Below are positions 48,658-58,344 of a stretch of 64,000 bases of DNA, piece after piece. Positions within the stretch are counted from its first letter, which is position 1. Each line of letters begins with the position of its first letter. The position numbers and the translations under genes were made by a program. Below the pieces are notes generated by a model that searched no databases, was not told where the DNA came from, and worked only from the letters and a program-made list of their open reading frames with translations. Source of the DNA: an uncultured Candidatus Rokubacteria bacterium. GTDB lineage: Bacteria; Methylomirabilota; Methylomirabilia; Rokubacteriales; CSP1-6. Location of the stretch: the NCBI GenBank assembly GCA_963827505.1, contig CAWHBD010000001.1, positions 2,731,006 to 2,795,005 on the forward strand, written 5' to 3'.

Positions 48658-49883
48658 CGATCGAGTCGCTGGCCCGGGGGCTGATCTGCATCGACTGCGG
48701 CGCCGCCGCATCGCTCGGCTATCGCCTGCAGTGCGAGCGCTGTGCTGGCCTGCTCGAGCTCACCTACGACCTGGATCGGCTCCGTCGCGAGGGGCCGGCC
48801 GGCCTGAGCGGGCACGGCCTGTGGCGTTACGCCGCGGTACTGCCGATCGCCGATCCCGCCCACCGGGTCACGCTCGGCGAGGGGGCCACGCCGCTGCTGG
48901 ACGCCCCCCGGCTGGCCCGGCAGCTCGGCGTCCACCGGCTGCGCCTGAAGTTCGAGGGCGCCAACCCGACCGGCACCGTGAAGGACCGCTCCTCGGCGAC
49001 GGGTGTCGGCGCCGCCCTGCAGTTCGGCTTCGCCACGACGTCGGTGGTCTCCTCCGGCAACGCTGGCTCCTCGATCGCCGCCTACTCGGCGCGGGCGGGG
49101 CTGCGCTCGCTGATCTTCGCCTACGAGCGGGCCTCGGCCCCCAAGCTCCTGCACATGGCCGCGACGACGTCCGACCTCGTCATCTACAAGGGCGTGTACG
49201 ACGACCTCATCGCGATCTGGGACCGGCTGGTCGAGGACCGCCTGTTCTTCGACTGCGGCGCCTCCCGCAACGCCTACAAGCACGAGGGCAAGAAGACCAT
49301 CGCCTACGAGATCGCCGAGCAGAGCAACTGGACCCCACCCGACGTCGTGGTGGCGCCGGTGGCCGTCGGCGAGACCTTCATCGCGGCCGCCCGAGGCTTC
49401 CGCGAGATGCACGCGGCCGGCTGGATTCCCCGGGTGCCGCGCATGGTGGCCGCGCAGGCCGCGCGGGCCAACGCCGTCGTACGGGCATTCCGCGATGGCA
49501 CCGCCATCACGCCGCTATCGATCGGCTACACGGTGGCCGAGGGGCTGGCGGCCGGCAAGCCCGGCCGCAAGGGCGACTGGGTCCTGCGACTGCTGCGCGA
49601 GCAGGGCGGCACGGCCGGCGAGGCCGAGGACGAGGAGATCCTGGCTGCCCAGCGCACCCTGGCCCGCACCGAGGGCGTATGGGCGGGGCCGACCGGCGTG
49701 GCCACGCTCGCTGTGCTGACCCGCCTGCTCGCCGAGCGCGCGCTCGATCCCGCCCAGGACATCTGCGTGATCCTCAGCGAGACCGGGCTGAAGACTGAAG
49801 CCGAGCCGCCGAGCCGCACCGGCGTCGCCTTCGACGAGGCCTCGCTGCGCCGGCTGGTGGCCGAGCGGCTCGGCGCTCGCTGA
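48654..49883 (+). CDS. Threonine synthase-like PLP enzyme
   Basis: N-terminal CxxC..CxxC, VTLGEGATPL, EGANPTGTVKDR, SSGNAG, EGKKTIAYE. Confidence 0.8.
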   Translation: MTIESLARGLICIDCGAAASLGYRLQCERCAGLLELTYDLDRLRREGPAGLSGHGLWRYAAVLPIADPAHRVTLGEGATPLLDAPRLARQLGVHRLRLKFEGANPTGTVKDRSSATGVGAALQFGFATTSVVSSGNAGSSIAAYSARAGLRSLIFAYERASAPKLLHMAATTSDLVIYKGVYDDLIAIWDRLVEDRLFFDCGASRNAYKHEGKKTIAYEIAEQSNWTPPDVVVAPVAVGETFIAAARGFREMHAAGWIPRVPRMVAAQAARANAVVRAFRDGTAITPLSIGYTVAEGLAAGKPGRKGDWVLRLLREQGGTAGEAEDEEILAAQRTLARTEGVWAGPTGVATLAVLTRLLAERALDPAQDICVILSETGLKTEAEPPSRTGVAFDEASLRRLVAERLGAR

Positions 49884-49893
49884 TCCCGCTGCC

Positions 49894-50466
49894 GTGCCGA
49901 TGCCCCGCGCGTTCTACCTGCGATCCGCGCGCGCGGTCGCCCGCGATCTGCTCGGCTGCATCCTCGTCTCCCGGCGGGGACGCACTATCGCGAGCGGCCG
50001 CATCGTCGAGACCGAGGCCTATCTCGGCCCCGAGGACGGCGCCTCCCACGCGGCATTCCGGCCGGGTAGCCACTGGCTCTTCTACGGCGAGGGCGGCCTT
50101 GCCTACGTCTTCCTCAACTACGGCACGCACCACTGCCTGAACGCGATCGCGGGGCCGGCGGGGACACCGGGCTGTGTGCTGATCCGGGCGCTGGAGCCGC
50201 TGACCGGACTGGGGGCCATGGGGCGCCGCCGCGGGGTGGCGGCCGACGCGCGCCGGCTGGCGTCGGGGCCCGGTAACCTCACCCGCGCGCTCGCCGTCTC
50301 GCTGCGCGACAACGGCGCCGACCTCGCGCGGGGGCCCCTGACGATCGAGCCGGCCCCCCGGCCGCGACGGTTCCGCATCGCCACCGGCCCGCGGGTCGGT
50401 ATCACCCGCTCGGTCGAGCTGCCCCTGCGATTCTGGATCGCGGGCAACCCGTTCGTCTCTCGCTGA
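49894..50466 (+). CDS. mpg: DNA-3-methyladenine glycosylase (AAG/MPG)
   Basis: RIVETEAY, YVFLNYGTHHCLN, CVLIRALEP, GPGNL, GPRVGI. Confidence 0.9.
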   Translation: MPMPRAFYLRSARAVARDLLGCILVSRRGRTIASGRIVETEAYLGPEDGASHAAFRPGSHWLFYGEGGLAYVFLNYGTHHCLNAIAGPAGTPGCVLIRALEPLTGLGAMGRRRGVAADARRLASGPGNLTRALAVSLRDNGADLARGPLTIEPAPRPRRFRIATGPRVGITRSVELPLRFWIAGNPFVSR

Positions 50467-50485
50467 CGTCGGCCGCGCCCCGGGC

Positions 50486-51274
50486 TCAGAAGAAGTAGGG
50501 GCGGAGCTCCTCGGCCACCTCGACGACACCACCGAAGTGGGCGCGCGCCTCGACGGCCAGCGGCGCGACGTCGGCGTGGTACTCGGCGCCGACGTGCGTG
50601 AGGATCAGGCGCGGCACGCCGGCCCGGGCCGCGATCTGGCCCGCCTCGGCAGCGCTGGAGTGGGCAGAGGCGTGGCCGGGCGGCCGGTCGCGCTCGGCGA
50701 ACGTCGCCTCGTGCACGAGCACGTCGGCGCCGCGGGCGAGCGCGGCGACCGCCTCGCTGGGGCGCGTGTCGGACGAATAGACGACCGCCCCGCCCGCCTC
50801 AACGTCCACGCGCACCGCGAAGTTGGGCATGGCCCCGTGCTCGTTCGGCGTGGTACGGACGGCCAGCGGGCCGCTGGTGAACGCCGGGGCGCCGGCGCCG
50901 AGGTCGATCGGCGCCAGCACCACCGGGAACATGCCGGGCCGGTCCCACACCCGGAACACCGTGAGCAGCCCGCGCAGCGGCTCGACGTGCTCGGGTCGGC
51001 ACACGACGGTCAGCGGGGCGTGCCGGTCGAGGAGAGCCAGCTGGCGTACCACCGAGGGCAGGCCGTACGCGTGATCGACGTGCACGTGGGTGACGACCAC
51101 GTGGGTGAGCACGAGCGGGTCGACGCCCAGCCGGCGCAGGCGATGCATCGCGCTGCCCCCGCAGTCCAGCAGCACGGCAACGCCGCCCGCCTCGATCACG
51201 ATCGACGTGTTGTCGCGCACGGCTGAGGCCAGCGCCCCCGCGGTCCCCAGGAAGGTGAAGCGGGCCGCGGTCAC
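50486..51274 (-). CDS. RNase Z/BN-like MBL-fold hydrolase
   Basis: FLGTAG, LLDCG, THVHVDH, YSSDT, HEAT, LTH. Confidence 0.8.
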   Translation of the reverse strand: MTAARFTFLGTAGALASAVRDNTSIVIEAGGVAVLLDCGGSAMHRLRRLGVDPLVLTHVVVTHVHVDHAYGLPSVVRQLALLDRHAPLTVVCRPEHVEPLRGLLTVFRVWDRPGMFPVVLAPIDLGAGAPAFTSGPLAVRTTPNEHGAMPNFAVRVDVEAGGAVVYSSDTRPSEAVAALARGADVLVHEATFAERDRPPGHASAHSSAAEAGQIAARAGVPRLILTHVGAEYHADVAPLAVEARAHFGGVVEVAEELRPYFF

Positions 51275-52017
51275 CGGCCCTCGCGGAGGGCCGCCGGGTC
51301 GAAGAGCGTGTCGGCCAGCCCGGTGTTGACGGTGATCGTGCGGACGACGATGAGCACCACGAGCTTGCCGTCGACGAAGGCCTCCTGGCGGTGCGGGAAG
51401 AAGAAGGCCCCCGCCAAGCGCCGGTGCTCGGAGAAGGCAAGGTCGACCACGCCCTCGCCCTTGGGTAGCCGCTCGCGCCGGATGAGGCGGACCACGCCGT
51501 GATCGGGATCGAGCCAGACCGACGGGGTGTCCCGCTCGCCGGGCTTGGCCCCGATCACGGTGACGGCACGCCCGGCCAAACGGGTCACGTGGCTGACGTC
51601 GTCGCGGACCCCGAGCGAGCGCCACTCGGCCAGCAAGTCGTCCGCGGTGCGCCGGAACGGGATCACCAGGTGGGTCCGGTCGCGCTCCCGATCGCCCGCC
51701 GGCGCCTCGGAGACGCGCCCGTCGGCCGAGCGCAGCCACACCTGGCCCTCGGTCGACAGCCGCACCTCGCGCCGGCCCTCGACCACCTGCTCGACCCGCT
51801 GGCGCCGGGGGACCTTGATCCACACCCGCTGCTCGCCGGTAGAGTGGGGGTGGCGACCGTCCGGGTGGAAGAGCGTGAAGGTCTGCTCGATCGCCAGGTC
51901 GCTGACCTGGGCCCCGGCCAGGCGAGTCACGAACGTCTCGACCGCCGAGCGGGCATCGGCGGCCAGAGCGGCCGCCGGGAGCAGCAAGGCGGCCAGGATG
52001 GCGAAGCGTCGCGCCAC
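51271..52017 (-). CDS. Exported hypothetical protein (LolA/outer-membrane-sorting-like fold possible)
   Basis: Signal peptide, beta-rich body, C-terminal VNTGLADTLFDP. Confidence 0.55.
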   Translation of the reverse strand: MARRFAILAALLLPAAALAADARSAVETFVTRLAGAQVSDLAIEQTFTLFHPDGRHPHSTGEQRVWIKVPRRQRVEQVVEGRREVRLSTEGQVWLRSADGRVSEAPAGDRERDRTHLVIPFRRTADDLLAEWRSLGVRDDVSHVTRLAGRAVTVIGAKPGERDTPSVWLDPDHGVVRLIRRERLPKGEGVVDLAFSEHRRLAGAFFFPHRQEAFVDGKLVVLIVVRTITVNTGLADTLFDPAALREGR

Positions 52018-52060
52018 GGTTTCTTATAGCGTGTAAGACCGCAAAAGACCTTGCAAAACG

Positions 52061-52090
52061 TTGACAGGCGAGCAACGCGCTTCGTATGAT
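52061..52090 (+). promoter_or_regulatory. Sigma-70-type promoter of the tol-pal operon
   Basis: TTGACA-N18-TATGAT, followed by an AAGGAG RBS. Confidence 0.65.
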
Positions 52091-52115
52091 CGAACAAAAG
52101 TAAAAGGAGCAGCCG

Positions 52116-52847
52116 TTGCCTACCTCCGAGGCGCTCAGTTCCGGGGTCCTCGAACTGATCCTGAACGCTGGACCGGTCGCGAAGTTCGTCCTCGCGGTCC
52201 TCCTGCTGTTCTCGATCGGGTCGTGGGCCCTCATTGTGGAGAAGTGGTGGCAGTTCCGGCGGGTCCGCCGCCAGACCCTGGCCTTCGTGAAGGTCTTCCG
52301 CGAGGGGCGCCGGCCCTCGGTCGTGCACGGCGCGGCGCGCAAGTTCCGCGACAGCCCCCTGGCCCAGATCTACGCGGCGGCCTACAGCGAGATCTCGGGC
52401 ATCCCCGATGTCGTGGACTCGGTGGTCGACGACGGCGACGAGGGGCTGCCCCAGGACCGGCTGGAGGCCGTGCACCGGGCCATGCGGCGCTCGGCCGGGC
52501 TGGAGATTGCCCAAATCGAGCGGTACCTGCCCTTCCTGGCCACTACGGCCAGCGCGACCCCGTTCATCGGGTTGTTCGGTACCGTGTGGGGCATCATGTC
52601 GTCCTTCCACGGCATCAGCAGCCAGGGGTCGGCCAGCCTGGCCGTCGTGGCGCCCGGCATCTCCGAGGCGCTGATCGCCACCGCGGCGGGCCTGGCCGCC
52701 GCCATCCCCGCCGTCATCGGCTACAACTACTTCCTCAATCGCGTGCGCCACTGGGCGACGGAGATGGACGGCTTCATCCTCGACCTGCTCAACGTGCTCA
52801 GCCGCCCCGTGGCGAAGCTGGCCCGGCCGACCAAAGATGGCGTTTAA
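52116..52847 (+). CDS. tolQ: TolQ (MotA/TolQ/ExbB)
   Basis: SATPFIGLFGTVWGIM, APGISEALIATAAGL. Confidence 0.92.
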   Translation: MPTSEALSSGVLELILNAGPVAKFVLAVLLLFSIGSWALIVEKWWQFRRVRRQTLAFVKVFREGRRPSVVHGAARKFRDSPLAQIYAAAYSEISGIPDVVDSVVDDGDEGLPQDRLEAVHRAMRRSAGLEIAQIERYLPFLATTASATPFIGLFGTVWGIMSSFHGISSQGSASLAVVAPGISEALIATAAGLAAAIPAVIGYNYFLNRVRHWATEMDGFILDLLNVLSRPVAKLARPTKDGV

Positions 52848-53268
52848 CCTCGGATCGTCGGAGGGCGGCGAGCGACGTCTGGGCTCGTCGCTGGCCGAGA
52901 TCAACATCATCCCGCTGGTCGACGTCGTCCTGGTCCTCCTGCTGATCTTCATGCTGACGGCGCCCATGATGTACCGCGGCATCGACGTGAACCTGCCGCG
53001 GGCCGCCGCCAAGCCGACCGCGGTGGAGGAGCGGATGGTCCTCACGGTCACCAAGGACCGGACGCTCTACCTCAACGACAAGCGGGTGGCGGCGGGCAGC
53101 CTCGACACCCAGCTGCGGGCCGCCATGCAGGGGAGGACGGACAAGACGCTCTACCTCAAGGCTGATGCCGGCCTGGCCTACGGAGCGGTCATCGAAACGA
53201 TGGACCAGGTGCGCCGGGCCGGTATCGAGCGCCTGGGCATGGTAACCGAGCCCACGCGGGAGCGCTGA
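52837..53268 (+). CDS. tolR: TolR (ExbD family)
   Basis: EINIIPLVDVVLVLLLIFMLTAP. Confidence 0.9.
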   Translation: MAFNLGSSEGGERRLGSSLAEINIIPLVDVVLVLLLIFMLTAPMMYRGIDVNLPRAAAKPTAVEERMVLTVTKDRTLYLNDKRVAAGSLDTQLRAAMQGRTDKTLYLKADAGLAYGAVIETMDQVRRAGIERLGMVTEPTRER

Positions 53269-53270
53269 GG

Positions 53271-54176
53271 GTGGGTGCCGCGGGCCTGTTGCTGCTCACC
53301 CCGCGTCTGCGACCCAAGACCGGCCCGGCGCTCCGGACGTCGCCGCCGCCCGTCACCGCGGCCGTGCTCTCGGCCATGCTCCACGGCGCGCTCGCGGTCG
53401 CGGTGCTGGTGGCCGCGAGTGCCTGGTCCCGCAGTCAGCCCAAGACCTACGTCGTGAATCTGGTCCCGGCGGTGGCCGCGGTTGGCTCGCCCCAGGGGCG
53501 CGCCGCCCAGCCCCCGCGCGTCGCGGAACCGACCCCACGCCCGCCTGAGCGCCCCGCCGAGCTGCCGGATCGGCCCGCCCCACGGCCGGCGCCCACTCCA
53601 CCGCCCGAGTTGCCGACACGGGCCCCCGAGCTGCCCGCGCGGCCGCCCGAGATGCCGCCACGGACGGCGGCGTCGTTGCCCGACCGGCCCCTGCCGCCCC
53701 GGCCGTCGGCCATGCCGCGGGCCGGCGAGAAAGAACTGCCGCCCGTGGCCAGCACCCCGACACCACCCGCCCCGACGCCTTCGGCCCCGACGACGGCCGC
53801 TGCCCGCCCCGAGCCGCCGCCGCCATCGCCGGCGCTGGGCCGGGCGTCGGGCTCCGCGCAGGGCGCGGGCGCCGTCACGCTGAACGCCTCCGACTTTCCG
53901 TTCGCCTGGTACCTGTCGGCGGTGCAGCGCAAGATCACCGAGCGCTGGGACGGCCGCGCGCTGCAGGGTCGCCAGCCCGTGGTGACCTTCGAGATCGCCC
54001 GTGATGGCCAGGTGTCGAACGTCGCGATCAAGGACAGCAGCGGCAACCGATACTACGACCTCACCGCGATGCGAGCGATCGCCGAGGCGGCACCATTCCC
54101 GAAGCTCCCGCCGGAATTCCCCGGCTCCGTGCTCCGCATCCACCTGGGCTTCAACTTCATGCAGGATCGAGGCTGA
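53271..54176 (+). CDS. tolA: TolA/TonB-family energy transducer
   Basis: TM with SAMLH, Pro-rich stalk, TonB_C-like C-terminus (SSGNRYYDLTAMRAI); position in the operon. Confidence 0.8.
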   Translation: MGAAGLLLLTPRLRPKTGPALRTSPPPVTAAVLSAMLHGALAVAVLVAASAWSRSQPKTYVVNLVPAVAAVGSPQGRAAQPPRVAEPTPRPPERPAELPDRPAPRPAPTPPPELPTRAPELPARPPEMPPRTAASLPDRPLPPRPSAMPRAGEKELPPVASTPTPPAPTPSAPTTAAARPEPPPPSPALGRASGSAQGAGAVTLNASDFPFAWYLSAVQRKITERWDGRALQGRQPVVTFEIARDGQVSNVAIKDSSGNRYYDLTAMRAIAEAAPFPKLPPEFPGSVLRIHLGFNFMQDRG

Positions 54177-54180
54177 CCCG

Positions 54181-55512
54181 ATGAGCATTCGACGCCAACT
54201 CGCGCTGATCCTCCTGGTCACCCTGGCCCTGCCCGGCATGTGGCCGGTGGCGCCGCCGCCGCCCGCTCGCGCCCAGGCCGTGGACGTGTTCCTCAACGTC
54301 ACCGGCGGCGGCGCCCGCAAGCTCAACATTGCCGTCCCGGAGTTCACGGTCACCACCGGCGCCGATCCCACCGGGATCGGCAAGCTGCTGTCGACAGTGG
54401 CCGGGGCCGACCTCACCTTCTCGGGCCTCTTCAGCGTCGTGGCCGCCGAGGGCGCCATCCCCGCCAACAATCCGGAGGCGTTGCGGCGCTCGTGGACGGA
54501 GTTCGCGGCGGCCGGTGCCCACGCCGGCGTGCACGGGCTGGCCGCGCTGCGCGGCGATCGGGCCGAGGTCGAGATGCGTCTGTACGACCTGACGACCCCC
54601 GATCATCGGCTGATCGGCACCAAGAAGTTCGAGCTGCCGGTCGCCCAGGCGCGGCGCCTCGGTCACAAGGTCGCCGACGAGGTCGTGCTGCAGTTCACCG
54701 GTGAGCCCGGCATCGCCGACACCAAGATCGCCTACGTGACCGGACCCCGGGGGGCGAAGGAGATCCTGATGGCCGACTACGACGGTGCCGGCATCACCTC
54801 GGTGACGAAGAACGGCTCGATCAATCTCTCGCCCGTGTGGAGTCCGGACGCGCGGTCGCTGGCGTTCACCTCCTACAAGCAGGGCTATCCAGACCTCTAC
54901 CGGGCGTTTCCGTTCGAGCGGCGCCCCGACCAGACGCTGGCTGCCTTCGTCGGCATCAACACCTCGCCCGCCTTCAGCCCCGACGGCAAGAGCCTGGCGA
55001 TGACCCTCAGCAAGGACGGCAATCCCGAGATCTACGTGCTCAACCTGGCCAGCGGCGTCATGCGGCGCCTCACGCGCCACGCCGGCATCGACACCGAGCC
55101 GAGCTGGGCACCGACCGGCCGTCAGATCGCGTTCATCTCCGACCGCTCCGGCACGCCCCACGTCTACGTGATGGATGCTGAGGGCGCCAACGTCCGCCAG
55201 CTCACGTCGGGCGGGTTCCACACCCAGCCGCGGTGGTCGCCGCGCGGTGACACGATCGCCTACACGCAGCGGGCGGGCGCCCACGATATCTGGGTCGTGG
55301 ACGTCGACGGCTCCAACCCCCGCCGGCTCACGAACGGCGGCGACAACCAGGGCCCGACGTGGGCTCCGAGCGGCCGCCATCTCGCGTTCCAGTCCAACCG
55401 TCTCGGTCGCTGGCAGATCTTCGCCGTGCTCGCCGACGGCACCGCGGCCGCACCCATCACGCGAGGCGCCACCGAGAGCACAAGTCCTTCGTGGTCCCCT
55501 CGCTTGCCGTGA
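54181..55512 (+). CDS. tolB: TolB
   Basis: N-domain followed by PD40 repeats (SPVWSPD, SPAFSPDG, EPSWAP). Confidence 0.92.
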   Translation: MSIRRQLALILLVTLALPGMWPVAPPPPARAQAVDVFLNVTGGGARKLNIAVPEFTVTTGADPTGIGKLLSTVAGADLTFSGLFSVVAAEGAIPANNPEALRRSWTEFAAAGAHAGVHGLAALRGDRAEVEMRLYDLTTPDHRLIGTKKFELPVAQARRLGHKVADEVVLQFTGEPGIADTKIAYVTGPRGAKEILMADYDGAGITSVTKNGSINLSPVWSPDARSLAFTSYKQGYPDLYRAFPFERRPDQTLAAFVGINTSPAFSPDGKSLAMTLSKDGNPEIYVLNLASGVMRRLTRHAGIDTEPSWAPTGRQIAFISDRSGTPHVYVMDAEGANVRQLTSGGFHTQPRWSPRGDTIAYTQRAGAHDIWVVDVDGSNPRRLTNGGDNQGPTWAPSGRHLAFQSNRLGRWQIFAVLADGTAAAPITRGATESTSPSWSPRLP

Positions 55513-55565
55513 TACGATTTCGCTGCTTCAGAGTGTTCAGGTGCCGGTGTCAACAAGGAGGCGAC

Positions 55566-56168
55566 ATGCTGTCAAGCCGCTGGATTCACGTCACGATGAC
55601 GTCGTTGCTGCTCTTCGGTGTAGTCCTGGCGGGTTGCGCGAAGCGGCCGGCGACCACCCAGGCATCGGCGCCCGCCCCCACCGCCGCCGCGGCGACGACG
55701 CCCGGGAGCGGGCCAGCCATGGCTCCGGCCCCGGCCGCCCCCTCGGGCGACGCAACCACGGCTCCGGCCACGGCGGCGCCGTCCACGGCGACGCCGGCGG
55801 CTCGTCCCCCCGTCGCGGAGTTCCGGTCGGTCCCCGAGCTGAAGGACGCGTTCTTCGACTTCGACAAGTACGACATCCGCCCGGCTGACGCCAAGGTGCT
55901 CGACGCCAACGCCACCTGGCTGAAGGCGAACGCGAACAACCTGGTCCTGATCGAGGGACACTGCGACGAGCGCGGCACCAACGAGTACAACCTCGCGCTC
56001 GGCGAGCGTCGCGCGAAGTCGACGATGAACTACCTCGTCTCCCAGGGCGTCCAGGCCAGCCGCATCACGATCATCAGCTACGGTGAAGAGCGGCCCACGT
56101 GCAGCGAGAAGACCGAAGAGTGCTGGGCCAAGAACCGCCGCGCCCACTTCCTCGTCAAGCCCCGCTAG
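55566..56168 (+). CDS. pal: Peptidoglycan-associated lipoprotein
   Basis: Lipobox LAGC, FFDFDK, IEGHCDERGTNEYNLALGERRA, NRRA. Confidence 0.95.
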   Translation: MLSSRWIHVTMTSLLLFGVVLAGCAKRPATTQASAPAPTAAAATTPGSGPAMAPAPAAPSGDATTAPATAAPSTATPAARPPVAEFRSVPELKDAFFDFDKYDIRPADAKVLDANATWLKANANNLVLIEGHCDERGTNEYNLALGERRAKSTMNYLVSQGVQASRITIISYGEERPTCSEKTEECWAKNRRAHFLVKPR

Positions 56169-56182
56169 GCACCGCTGAGTCG

Positions 56183-57181
56183 GTGACGAGGCGGTCGCGC
56201 GGCCGCCTCGTCGCCGGGTTGTCTGTCGTCGGGCTGGTCTTCCTCGCCGGATGTGCCAGTGTCGCCGACGTCACCGGCACCGCCACCCAGCAGGACCTCG
56301 TGGAGATGCGGGGTGAGATCGCGTCCGCGCGCCAGGCGGCCCAGCGTGCCCGCGCCGACGCGGAGAGCGCCGCCCAGCGCGCCGTCGACGTGCGGCTGCG
56401 CACACAAGGGGCGGAGAGCGAGCGTCAGCTGGCCACACTCACCCGCCGCCTCGACACGCTCGCCACCTCGGTCAGCGAGCTCGGTGCGCGCGTCGACGAG
56501 CTATCGGCTCGCGTGGATGCGCTGGGGCGGCAGGTGCGAAGCGGCGCGCCGGCTGGCCCCGCCGGCCCGGGCGGACCCGCCGCGCCCCGCACGGCAACGC
56601 CGCCCGGACCGCTGGGCGCACCATCCCCGGCGCCGGGCGCCGCGACGGCAACACCCGCGATACCGGTCGTGCCGGCGACCCCGGCACCGGCCGCGCCCGC
56701 GGCGCCCCCGGCCACGCCCCAGACGCCGACGGCGGGCGCGCGGCCGGCCACCAACGCGCTCCAGCCGCAAGACATCTATCAGGCGGCGTACATCGACTTC
56801 AGCAAGGGCAGTTACGCGCTCGCCATGGCCGGCTTCCGCGAGTTCCTGCGCCGCTTCCCCGATCACCCGCTGGCCGGCAACGCGCAGTATTGGATCGGCG
56901 AGGGCCACTTCAGCCTGGCCCGGGGCCACACCAACGCCGGCCAGGCCGACAAGGCGACGCAGGAGCTGGAGCAAGCGGTGCAGGAGTTCAGGAAGGTGCT
57001 GGCGAACTATCCCCGGGGCGAGAAGGCGCCGACCTCGCTCTACAAGGAAGCGCTGGCCTTGGTCGAGCTGAAGCAGCCGGCGCTGGCCCAGCAGCGGCTG
57101 GAGTACCTGATCGCCAGCTTCCCCCAGGCGGAGGAGACCCCGCTCGCGCGAGAGCGGCTGGCCGCGATCAAGGGCCGGTAG
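56183..57181 (+). CDS. cpoB: CpoB/YbgF (coiled coil, Pro/Ala linker, TPR)
   Basis: Lipobox LAGC, FLRRFPDHPLAGNAQYWIGE; last gene of tol-pal. Confidence 0.88.
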   Translation: MTRRSRGRLVAGLSVVGLVFLAGCASVADVTGTATQQDLVEMRGEIASARQAAQRARADAESAAQRAVDVRLRTQGAESERQLATLTRRLDTLATSVSELGARVDELSARVDALGRQVRSGAPAGPAGPGGPAAPRTATPPGPLGAPSPAPGAATATPAIPVVPATPAPAAPAAPPATPQTPTAGARPATNALQPQDIYQAAYIDFSKGSYALAMAGFREFLRRFPDHPLAGNAQYWIGEGHFSLARGHTNAGQADKATQELEQAVQEFRKVLANYPRGEKAPTSLYKEALALVELKQPALAQQRLEYLIASFPQAEETPLARERLAAIKGR

Positions 57182-57184
57182 CCG

Positions 57185-57670
57185 TCAGTCCTTGTCCAGC
57201 CCGAAGACCCAGACGACGGCGACGTCCTGCTCGGGCGTGGAGTAGACCATCACGGTGCCGCGAGGGTCATCGGTGCTGGCCGAGGTAACCAGCACGCCGG
57301 TCTCGAGCAGCGGCTGGCCCGGCGTCCACTGCCACACGCCGACCGACATCAGCAGCGCCGCCATCGCTCCCGCAAGTGCCCAGCGTGGACGGGCCACGCG
57401 CTGCCACCAGGACCGGGCGGGCGGCGCCGGCCGGGCGTGGCGCCGGTCCTCGATGCCACGCACGACACCCGGCCAGAACCCTGACCAGTCCGGCTCGACG
57501 GCGGCGACGGTACCCCGCAACAGCCCATGGAGACGGCGCAACTCGTCGGCCTCCCGCTGGCAACTCCCACAAGAAGCGAGGTGAGCGGCCGTCAAGCGCG
57601 CCGTCTCCTGGTCGAGAGCCCCGTCCAGGTATCCACCGATGCGTCGCCGGGTCCGGTAGCAGGTCAACAC
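57185..57670 (-). CDS. zf-HC2 (ZAS) anti-sigma factor-like protein
   Basis: YLDGAL..HLASCGSC, a TM helix and a short periplasmic tail. Confidence 0.8.
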   Translation of the reverse strand: MLTCYRTRRRIGGYLDGALDQETARLTAAHLASCGSCQREADELRRLHGLLRGTVAAVEPDWSGFWPGVVRGIEDRRHARPAPPARSWWQRVARPRWALAGAMAALLMSVGVWQWTPGQPLLETGVLVTSASTDDPRGTVMVYSTPEQDVAVVWVFGLDKD

Positions 57671-57714
57671 GTCCGTTGGACGGCGCCTCCCCCCCTCGTT
57701 ATTCTCACGGCTGG

Positions 57715-58341
57715 ATGATACCCGAACGTCCGGTTACCTTCGGCACCCCCGGGCTGGAGGGCGCCCTAGCCCAGCGCCCAGGGGCTCGGGCCGGGGTGGT
57801 CGTCTGCCACCCACATCCCCGGTACGGCGGAGACATGGACAGCCCCGTGGTGGTGACGGCCGCCGGCGCCTGCGGCCAGGCCGGCCTGGCGACCCTCCGA
57901 TTCAACTTCCGGGGTGTCGGCCGGTCGGCCGGGGCCTGGGATGAGGGCCGCGGAGAGCAGGACGACGTCCGCGCCGCCGTGGGACACCTCGCCGAGGTGC
58001 TGGGGCCCGCGGTCCCGGTGGCCCTGGCGGGCTATTCCTTCGGGGCCGCCATCGCCGCGCAGGTCGCGGCATCCGGAGCGGCGCTGGCCGGCCTGCTTCT
58101 CATCGCGCCGCCGCTGGCCAGGCGAGGCCTACCCGCCTGGCCGGCGGCCGTGCAGGGTCAGGTGCTGGTCGTGGCGGGCAGCGCCGACACCTACTGCCCA
58201 GCCCCGGCCCTGGCGGCGCTAGCCAAGGCGTGGCCGGCGGCCACCGTGACAGTGCTGGCCGGCGCGGACCACTTCTTCGTTGGCGGGCTCGAGCCACTCG
58301 ACGCGGCAGTCAGGGACTGGGCGGCGAAGGTGCCTCGATAG
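57715..58341 (+). CDS. Alpha/beta hydrolase (COG2945-like)
   Basis: CHPHPRYGGDMD, RFNFRGVG, GYSFG, ADHFF. Confidence 0.88.
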   Translation: MIPERPVTFGTPGLEGALAQRPGARAGVVVCHPHPRYGGDMDSPVVVTAAGACGQAGLATLRFNFRGVGRSAGAWDEGRGEQDDVRAAVGHLAEVLGPAVPVALAGYSFGAAIAAQVAASGAALAGLLLIAPPLARRGLPAWPAAVQGQVLVVAGSADTYCPAPALAALAKAWPAATVTVLAGADHFFVGGLEPLDAAVRDWAAKVPR

Positions 58342-58344
58342 CGG

